Shown piece after piece: positions 50,800 to 64,000 of a DNA stretch of 64,000 bases. The stretch is from the human T2T-CHM13v2.0 reference genome, Homo sapiens: assembly GCF_009914755.1 (NCBI RefSeq), contig NC_060941.1; one strand, written 5' to 3'. A program made the position numbers and the translations under genes. Every line of letters starts with the position of its first letter. Within the stretch, counting starts at the first letter, position 1. The notes beneath the pieces are model-generated. The model was not told where the DNA came from, did not search any database, and saw only the letters and a program-made list of their open reading frames with translations.

Positions 50800-51169
50800 T
50801 GAATGTTTTATGCTTTTGTCTGGTGAGAAGTCTCGTGGACAGTCAATGTCTTGTTCCTTTGTGTATGCACAGTTTCCCCTCTTTCCTTGAAGTCTTCTAA
50901 TCTTTTCCTTTTGGTTCTTGATGTCTGAAACTTTACATTGATGTGCTTAGCTGTCATTCTTTTTTTTTTTTTTTTATACTTTAAGTTTTAGGGTACATGT
51001 GCACAATGTGCAGGTTAGTTACATATGTATACATGTGCCATGCTGGTGCGCTGCACCCACTAACTCGTCATCTAGCATTAGGTATATCTTCCAATGCTAT
51101 CCCTCCTCCCTCCCCCAACCCCACAACAGTCCCCAGAGTGTGATGTTCCCCTTCCTGTGTCCATGTGTT

Positions 51170-54999
<3,830 letters not shown>

Positions 55000-55062
55000 T
55001 ATGATGTTAGCTGGTTATTTTGCTCGTTAGTTGATGCAGTTTCTTCCTAGTCTCAATGGTCT

Positions 55063-56073
55063 TTATATTTTGGCATGATTTTGCAGCAGCTGGTACCGGT
55101 TGTTCCTTTCCATGTTTAGTGCTTCCTTCAGGAGCTCTTTTAGGGCAGGCCTGGTGGTGACAAAATCTCAGCTTTGCTTATCTGTAAAGTATTTTATTTC
55201 TCCTTCACTTATGAAGCTTAGTTTGGCTGGATATGAAATTCTGGGTTGAAAATTCTTTTCTTTAAGAATGTTGAATATTGGCCCCCACTCTCTTCTGGCT
55301 TGTAGAGTTTCTGCCGAGAGATCCGCTGTTAGTCTGATGGGCTTCCCTTTGTGGGTAACCCGACCTTTCTCTCTGGCTGCCCTTAACATTTTTTCCTTCA
55401 TTTCAACTTTCGTGAATCTGACAATTATGTGTCTTGGAGCTGCTCTTCTCGAGGCGTATCTTTGTGGCGTTCTCTGTATTTCCTGAATCTGAATGTTGGC
55501 CTGCCTTGCTAGATTGGGGAAGTTCTCCTGGATAATATCCTGCAGAGTGTTTTCCAACTTGGTTCCATTCTCCCCGTCACTTTCAGGTACACCAATCAGA
55601 CGTAGATTTGGTCTTTTCACATAGTCCCATATTTCTTGGAGGCTGTGTTCGTTTCTTTTTATTCTTTTTTCTCTAAACTTCCCTTCTCACTTCATTTCAT
55701 TCATTTCATCTTCCATCGCTGATACCCTTTCTTCCAGTTGATCACATTGGCTCCTGAGGCTTCTGCATTCTTCATGTAGTTCTCGTGCCTTGGCTTTCAG
55801 CTCCATCAGCTCCTTTAAGCACTTCTCTGTATTGGTTATTCTAGTTATACATTTGTCTAAATTTGTTTCAAAGTTTTTAACTTCTTTGCCTTTGGTTTGA
55901 ATTTCCTCCTGTAGCTCGTAGTTTGATCGTCTGAAGCCTTCTTCTCTCAACTCGTCAAAGTCATTCTCCGTCCAGCTTTGTTCTATTGCTGGTGAGGAAC
56001 TGTGATCCTTTGGAGGAGGAGAGGTGCTCTGCTTTTTAGAGTTTCCAGTTTTTCTGCTCTGTTTTTTCCCCAT
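55063..56073 (-). pseudogene. L1 ORF1p, disrupted
   Basis: MGKKQSRKTG... start at 56073; premature TGA at 55687-55689 and small deletions near 55170. Confidence 0.92.
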
Positions 56074-56656
56074 CTTTGTGGTTTTATCTACTTTTGGTCT
56101 TTGATGATGGTGATGTACAGATGGGTTTTTGGTGTGGATGTCCTTTCTGTTTGTTAGTTTTCCTTCTAACAGACAGGACCCTCAGCTGCAGGTCTGTTGG
56201 AGTTTGCTGGAGGTCCACTCCAGACCCTGTTTGCCTGGGTATCAGCAGCGGTGTCTGCAGAACAGTGGTTTTTCGTGAACCGCGAATGCTGCTGTCTGAT
56301 TGTTCCTCTGGAAGTTTTTTCTCAGAGGAGTACCCGGCCGTGTGAGGTGTCAGTCTGCCCCTACTGGGGGGTGCCTCCCAGTTAGGCTGCTCAGGGGTCA
56401 GGGGTCAGGGACCCACTTGAGGAGGCAGTCTGCCCGTTCTCAGATCTCCAGCTGCATGCTGGGAGAACCACTGCTCTCTTCAAAGCTGTCAGACAGAGAC
56501 ATTTAAGTCTGCAGAGGTTACTGCTGTCTTTTTGTTTGTCTGTGCCCTGCCCCCAGAGGTGGAGCCTACAGAGGCAGGCAGGCCTCCTTGAGCTGTGGTG
56601 GGCTCCACCCAGTTGGAGCTTTCCAGCTGCTTTGTTTACCTAAGCAAGCCTGGGCA

Positions 56657-57139
56657 ATGGCGGGCGCCCCTCCCCCAGCCTCGCTGCCGCCTTGCAGTTT
56701 GATCTCAGACTGCTGTGCTAGCAATCAGCGAGATTCTGTGGGCATAGGACCCTCCGAGCCAGGTGCAGGATATAATCTCCTGGTGCACTGTTTTTTAAGG
56801 CCATCGGAAAAGGGCAGTATTCGGGTGGGAGTGACCCGATTTTCCAGGTGCCATCTGTCACCCGTTTCTTTGACTAGGAAAGGGAACTCCCTGACCCCTT
56901 GTGCTTCCCGAGCGAGGCAATGCCTCGCCCTGCTTCAGCTCGCGCATGGTGCGCTGCACCCACTGACCTGCGCCCACTCTCTGGCACTTCCTAGTGAGAT
57001 GAACCTGGTACCTCAGATGGAAATGCAGAAATCACCCGTCTTCTGCGTCGCTCACGCTGGGAGCTGGAGACCAGAGCTGTTCCTATTCAGCCATCTTGGC
57101 TCCTCTCCATTCTTTTTTTATATGGTGTTTGGCATGTAA
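56657..57139 (+). other. L1 ORF0 (antisense ORF of the L1 5'UTR), open and extended to 160 codons
   Basis: gcaATGG start, MAGAPPPASLPPCSLISDCCASNQRDSVG... matches the ORF0 N-terminus; the frame stays open across the TSD to TAA at 57137-57139. Expression not shown. Confidence 0.75.
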
Positions 57140-59069
57140 AGATTCATTTTCTTCAGCTCTAGAAAATTATTTTGTATTATTTCTTTGGTAAATTCCCTTC
57201 TGTTTACTGTTTACTCTTATTTTCTGGAAAGCATATCTGTCAGATGTTGAACCTCCTAGATCAGTCCTCTGTTTTCTTCCATCTTTTTGTTACTGTTTGT
57301 TTTCTTATGCTTTTCAGGAAATTTCCTCAAATTCTCCTTTTAACCTTTCCCTTGATTTTGTTATATTTTATATTAACAACAATAGTGATTTCCACAAGAG
57401 TTTTTTTTTGTTATTCTCTCTTCCTTTTAATAACATCCTGTTCTTGTTTTGTGGATGAATCATCTTGAATCTGTCTGAGAAACTGTGAAAGTTTTAACTT
57501 TGTTGTTGCAGTTGCTGTTTTTGTTGTTACCAAAATTCTGCCTCTTCTTCCTAGGTCATTTTTTTCATCTTGTTTAACTTAATCTAAGCCTGCATTAAAT
57601 CTCTTCTTGTCCTTTCATGTTTACAAGAGTAGCGATCAAAAGCTAATTCTAGGTCTGCAGGCAAGGGCAGAGCTGGTTGACTGGTAGAATTTGTTTTCAA
57701 AATCTGATGAGTTATGCCAAGATGTGGCACCTTTATTCTCTGCCTCTATTGACTTTCTTACATGGTGACATAGGTGACTGGTGGCATTGCATACTGTGCA
57801 TGTGGATGGAGATATGAGGTCAAGAATCAATAGGCTTCCAATTAATCTTCATATTTTCATCTTCCCCTTCAATCACACCTGACATTTCTGAGATCTCCAG
57901 TTTGTATAGGGCTCTGTGTGCTGATCAGTTTCCCCTTTGGTGAACAACAGCTAACTCTAAGTTGTCACGTCCTCTGCCCTGCTCCAGCGGTCTCCACTTC
58001 TTCAACAGTGTGGTCCTCCATAAATCTGTTGGACTCCCTCACCCTCCAAATGGCCCTCACCAATTTGCTTGGTGTAATGGGCTTATGACTATTTTAATTG
58101 CTTCATAATCATTTTAGAGAAGTCTTGGGAAGTGTAGGAGGTAAATGAGCATGGCCAGTCTGCCATCCTTAATTGGATGGCCCACCACCTGCTTTTTAAA
58201 CTGCTTGGATGTTTAAGCTTGGCCCTACATTGATTTCTCTTGTGCCTTAGTAATGACCAACAAAGCAGCCTGAACCCCAGTTATTGCACAGACCTGAGAT
58301 GTATTTGGAGGTATCTGCTGTGTGTCCATGTATCTTTGTGTGTAAAAATATGTACTCAGAGGACAACAAAAGCTACGTACTTCAATTTTAAATTCTTAAT
58401 ACATTTTTAAATATTGAAATTATGTCTTTTTTATGTTCCTATACATTGTGTTAATGGGAGAGACTAGATGAGGTTAAGTAAAAGTTACCTTGTACTCTAG
58501 GACCTTAGAGCCAGTGGAGGACTTAGATTCCGGACAGCCCAGCCCCAGACTAGCTGCAGCAGATACTGGCAGTTGTCCTCCCTGGCCCACGTGGGTTGCT
58601 GTTGACCTTTTTCATGCTAACCCCAGTTTTGATGTGTTCTTGCTTCTAATAGCAGCACCTGCACCATTTTGTCAGGCTACTGGAACCCATTTTTCTCCAA
58701 CTCAAGCAGAGGCAGAATGTATGCACCCTTCCCCCCATCCACATCCCTGACACCTCGTAGCGTTCAACACCTCGATGACTGCGGTGGTGGGGTATGAAGC
58801 TCAGCTCTCTCATCTTGGAGTAGGACATTTCTGGATGTCCACTCCACCCTCCCACTGCAGGACCAAGATGAAGTCCTTGCTAGGACCCGCCTGAGATCTT
58901 CCCTGAATGTGCTTTCATTTCGTTCTCTGCCCTGCTTTCCCTGGTCCCATAGGAATGCCCCCGCAGAGTGCTTCCTTCAGAACCACCTCCATGTGAACCC
59001 TCATCTAATGAGCACTGGTAGTTACATGGGCCGAAATGACTGATGGTCCTTGTATTCCTTCCTAAACAG

Positions 59070-59189
59070 CACCTTAATGAAAACCTGGCAAAGCTCACAG
59101 CCAGGTTTGAGAAAGCAACAGCAGACAAACTCAAATGTCAGCAAGAAGCCGAAGTGACCGCAGTCACCATCTCCCTTGCCAACCGCCTG
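59070..59189 (+). CDS. DNAH9: DNAH9 coding exon (stalk CC2, HLNENLAK...LANRL)
   Basis: cctaaacag|CAC and CTG|gtgagt; 120 nt, phase 0-0. Confidence 0.95.
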
Positions 59190-59704
59190 GTGAGTGTAAG
59201 CCACAGCAGCCCGAGCTGTAATTATATTAGCAGGCTTGTCAAATGCCGTGGAGGTGCAAGATAGATGAGCACAGCACAGCAGCGCTTTGACTTGGAGGGA
59301 AGTATTAAAATGTGCTGAAATGCAGGAATTGAGTCCTGAGGAAAATGTGGATGCATAAACCCTAATCTGGTCAAAGGAGTTTTCTTATAGACATGGTTGG
59401 GAGGATGGGAGCACTGGATCTATCAGGCAGCTCATGCAAAATGGTAACACACTTATATTCATGTGTATTGACCAGAGGAAACATTACAAGACAAAGCTAG
59501 CATTTTATAGGCAAACCATGACATTCCTATCTATGTAACATTTCATTATAAGGGTGTGGCCAAGATTAGGAACTGAGATAGAAACAGAAAAGAATGAGAC
59601 CTACTGACCCTGAGTATTTCAGAAAACACACACAGACACACATATACACACATGCTCCGGCCTTCCTGGGAAATCAAGTCTGCAGGTCAGGGCAGCGGTG
59701 CTTG

Positions 59705-60230
59705 TGTTATGGGTGTTTGTTTCTGCATAAAAAAATTACTCCAAAGCTTAGTGATTTTGTACAATAACCATTTCATAATATCTCACAAGTTTGTTGAGGG
59801 CAGGGCTCAGCTGGCCAGGTTTTCTGCTCCATGTGGCCATGACTGGGGTCACTTGGTACATTCAGCTGGTGGCCGGGCTGGAGGCCCCCGAGATGACTTC
59901 CTTCACATGCTGGGCATCTTGGCAGTGATGATTGGAAGGGAGGGTGCAGCTGGTCCTCTCTCCCTTCCTCAGGGCATTTCCACGCATTCCCTCTAGCAGG
60001 GTAGTCGGACGTCTTACACAGTAACTCAGGACATCAAGGACAAGTGTCCCAAGAGGAAGGAAGTGGAAAGTCCCAGTATCTGAAGGCCTGGGACTGAAAA
60101 CTGGCACAACAGCACTTCCGCTGTACTCTATAGGTCAAAGCAGTCACAGATTAAAGGGCAGAGAGCACAGACAGCAACTCTTAATGACAGGAATGTCAAA
60201 GAATTTACAGCCTTTTAAATCTCCTATGGC
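59705..60230 (-). mobile_element. MLT1 (old MaLR) LTR
   Basis: ctccaaagcttagtg...atctcacaagtttg...gggctcagctgg...cacttccgctgtactctataggtcaaagcagtcaca. Confidence 0.7.
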
Positions 60231-61533
60231 TTGTATTTCTCATCCCATATATCAGCTAAGACTCTGCAAAGCAAGTCAAATGGATATGATTTCTCTTCAA
60301 GCTAGAGACTTTACAGCACCCTCCTCACCAGTGAAGGGAAGTACATTCCACACCTGTTGACATTTATTCCAGCCACCATTGAATTACACAGCAGAGCCAG
60401 ATGTTTTAATCTGGGGAACAGTGAGTCATAGCCATCACTGAATGGAGCTGTGATGTAATGAAGACCTGCCATACCCAAATGTGTGTCTGTGCAGTTGTCA
60501 CTGGACCAGCTTCTGTGTGGCTTTGAGATGATCCGTTTAGCTGAACAGTTCAGTTTAGAGATAGCAACTCTTGCCAATGTGCAAGAAGTCCTCCAGATCT
60601 CCTAGCTGGCCTGCCTTCCATTCACCTCCCTGCTTGGTTTCTGAACTTAGCGCAGCCTTCTCTGCCTGGCTGGAGCACTTTCTGAGTCAGTGCTCATGGG
60701 AGGCAGTGTAGCACTCTGCTCTAGGAGTCAGGATGTTCAGGCTCTGAAGCCACCCCTGTCTCTACCGACCTAGAGATTCTGGTGAGATATTTGGACTTTC
60801 TGACCTTTGTGTAATCTGAAAACAGGCATGTGAATGACTGGGTTGGCAAATCTCTAAGGTCTGTCCAGACTGTGACGTTCCATGATGTTATCATTAGAAG
60901 AAAAAATAAAGGGTGAGTCCTAATGCAGAAGCAAAGCTCCGCCATACCACTAACAGTCCTCTGTAGAAAGAATGGCTCTCCTCCCAGGGAGACTGTACCA
61001 ACCCAAAGAGGGCTGGGGGGTCAGGACTTTGTACACACCCATGACCTTACCATGCTTCTCTGTGTCTCAATTAGCACATCTGTCTCCTCGCCCGCTGTGA
61101 ATTATTTATGGTGCATGGACTTGATTTTGTTTATTTTCATTTCCCCAGCATTTGGAAAGGAGAAAGAAGTGGCTAATTTTCTAACATGTTCCACAGACCA
61201 GGTATTGTGCTAAATAATAAACATACATGATTATATTTCATCCTCTCAACAACCCTTTGATTAAGTGGTATCAGTCTCCACACACAGAAAGAGCAGAGTC
61301 AAACCCTGTCATCTTTCCATGGTTCATGTGATGCATGACACAGAATGGGGGCTTGTGTACTGAAAGCTTTGCTACAGGCAGCACAAATCCCCATTAACGG
61401 AAAGGGCCATATAAGTGATATTCTGCCTCTTCCCGCTATGAAGCGTGCAGCGGGCGCTCTCCATGATGGAATCACGGCTCTATCACCTACTGTGTAACAC
61501 GCCTCCTCTCCTCTCTGGCTTTTGAAATGGTAG

Positions 61534-61722
61534 GTTGGAGGACTCGCTTCTGAAAACGTGAGGTGGGCAGATGCCGTGCAGAACTTCAAACAGCAGGAAA
61601 GGACGTTATGTGGAGACATTTTACTTATAACGGCTTTCATTTCCTACCTTGGCTTCTTCACAAAGAAATACCGGCAGAGCCTCCTGGACAGAACTTGGAG
61701 GCCCTACCTGAGCCAGCTGAAA
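61534..61722 (+). CDS. DNAH9: DNAH9 coding exon (end of stalk, VGGLASENVRW...LSQLK)
   Basis: aaatggtag|GTT and AAA|gtacgt; 189 nt, phase 0-0. Read manually because it is absent from the ORF track. Conserved GL..E..RW and LCGDILL..AF.SYLGFF motifs. Confidence 0.95.
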
Positions 61723-62574
61723 GTACGTATGGCCTGAATTTCTCCCGACCACATCAGCCTCTGGGCACCAATGGGAAGACATCACGGTCATAATTCGCAT
61801 CCTCTGGTGTCCTCCTGCACACTCATCCCCACCACCCCCTGAGCACCAGGTGTGAAACCTGCGTACCCGTGTCCTTCCACACTGCCTTGCATTGCTGCCC
61901 ACTGCCCTCCAGGCCACCTGGGGGCAGCACCTCTCCTCTGAATGTAGTCCTCCATGGGAACACTAGTCCTCTTCCCCGTGGGCTGTCTCCTAGCAATCCT
62001 TAAAGCTGTGAAACCTGAGAGATAGAAAAAGAACCATTTTCGTCTCTGATCTCCCCACTCCAGAGCCAGACTTCATAGGAGCAGTCAGGGGAAGTTCCAT
62101 TTCCCAGATCCTACATTGCACCTTGTTACTGGGCCCTAAAGCTACACAGCTTGTGCCAGTGACTCACAGATATCCTTCGTCGGCTTCCGTCCTGCATAAT
62201 CCCATGAACAGCTGCTCACATGCTTCTTATTTGGGCAGTTCAGCTTGTCCTCCTCGTGTGGCTAGGTGGATGTTACTCCCAACCCATCCCTTTACATCAC
62301 CCGCCCCCCACCCCCTGCAATGTAACTAAGTGGAGAAATACTGGTTTCCCATTAAAGGGGATTCAAAGCTATACTTGGACGCGAGCATCGGAAGTCCTAA
62401 TATTTTCTTGGCACTTTCGCATCACTTCTAGCAACCCACAAATACTTCCTGTGTATTTAGTGTGTCCTACCAGTCCACTATACAGGAGGCACACAAAACG
62501 TTCAAGACCGGGATACCTTTGGCAAGTTCCCAGTCCACTTGAGGAGATTAGGCTCATAGAAGTCAGCGAAGGTG

Positions 62575-62894
<320 letters not shown>

Positions 62895-63534
62895 TCAGCC
62901 CCAAATTTCACAACATAAGGTAAAAGCTGTATTCCAGATCTATTTGTCAGTAGAACCTTAGAACAAAAACTCTTTCTGTAGTGATGATTGTTTTCTCAGA
63001 TCAGCTCATAAAACCCTGCTCACCTGACAATTAGCTGAACCGTAGTTTTTAAAATGCTAGCAAATAAACAAAAAATAAAGCAGCTGTTTGACTCATCCTA
63101 AACACTTTTGGAAAAAGGAAATTGTTGAAGGAACCATCATTAACTGAGTGAATGAAGATGAAGAGCTCAGTAGCAGCTTAGTGAGGATTTTTCTGGCTTT
63201 GTTTGGATTCTTAAGCTTTTTTGTGTCATGGACGTCTTTGGCAGTCTGGTGAGACCTACGGATTCTTTCTCAGAATAATGATTTTGACACGTCAAATAGA
63301 ATGCATGAGATTACAAAGGGAAAAAATATATTGGAACACAATTCTGGTCCCAGATAAGAATCCCCAAGGGGCTGATTTCCCTTCAGAGGTTTGCTGGATA
63401 CTGTAGTACTGGCCATTTGTGCCCTTGTTAGATACAATTAAGAGGATGGGAGATGGTTTGGAGAGGTTTCCCTGGGATAATTGGGCAGAACAAACTTCAG
63501 AGAGGAGTGAGATGAAGGAGTTAAAAGGGTATTT

Positions 63535-63850
63535 GTCTAAACCTCGAAAGCATTATGCTAAGTGAAAGTAACCAGACACAAAAGGTCACATATTGTAGGA
63601 TTCATTTATAGTAAAATATCCAGAATAAGAAAATCCAAGGGGACAGAAAACATATTCATAGTTTCCACGAGCTGGGGGTAGACAGAAATTGCGGGGGCTG
63701 TTGAATGAGTATGGGATTTGGGGGTGATGAAATGTTTTGGGGGTAGAGCCGATGGCTGCATAATGTTATGCATAGACTAAATGCCACTGAATTGTGCACT
63801 TTAAAATGATTAATTTATTTCATATCAATGTTACCTTAATTTAAAAATAT
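63535..63850 (+). mobile_element. L1MB 3' end fragment
   Basis: cattatgctaagtgaaagtaaccagacacaaaaggtcacatattgta...aatgccactgaattgtgcactttaaaatg. Confidence 0.8.
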
Positions 63851-63898
63851 ATATATGGGTCATCAATGAAAAAGATTGCCTGTAAAAAAAATTAAGTG

Positions 63899-64000
63899 AG
63901 CCCGGCGTGGTGGGTCACGCCTGTAATCCCAGTATTTTGGGAGGCCGAAGCAGGTGGATCGCCTGAGGTCAGGAGTTCGAGACCAGCCTGTCCAACATGG
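63899..64000 (+). mobile_element. AluS, cut by the window edge
   Basis: Left arm only. Confidence 0.9.

Noticed and set aside
56762-56993. In-frame ORF0-DNAH9 fusion through the canonical ORF0 donors or via the internal acceptor at 56878
   Set aside because: Phases 1 and 2 do not match the phase-0 DNAH9 exons, and the 56762->56878 route hits TGA after five codons.

Overview
Primate (most likely human) genomic DNA from inside the axonemal dynein heavy-chain gene DNAH9 on the + strand. Eight GT-AG coding exons (146-269, 11833-11975, 12351-12512, 12714-12947, 24549-24809, 43934-44359, 59070-59189, 61534-61722; 1659 nt in total) splice into one uninterrupted 553-codon frame. It encodes the second half of AAA4, the stalk coiled coil CC1, the microtubule-binding domain (MTBD), CC2 and the lead-in to AAA5. 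The remaining ~97% is intron, dominated by repeats: about 27 Alus, a full-length but inactivated antisense L1PA3/4-type element with TSDs, a nested L1 cluster at 34-37.5 kb, solo LTRs (MST, MLT1, MLT2A, MER4A and others), MER DNA transposons and microsatellites. I see no new gene or new biological system. The most notable unexplained structure is retroelement architecture: (i) two L1 copies 16 kb apart share non-consensus variants, including an ORF2 frameshift, and flank the in-frame MTBD exon; (ii) the L1 antisense promoter and an extended open ORF0 point at the downstream DNAH9 exons; (iii) an older L1 carries an apparent 3' transduction; (iv) a MADE1 MITE is split by two Alus. Repeat subfamily names and L1 consensus comparisons are from memory and need RepeatMasker/Dfam confirmation.
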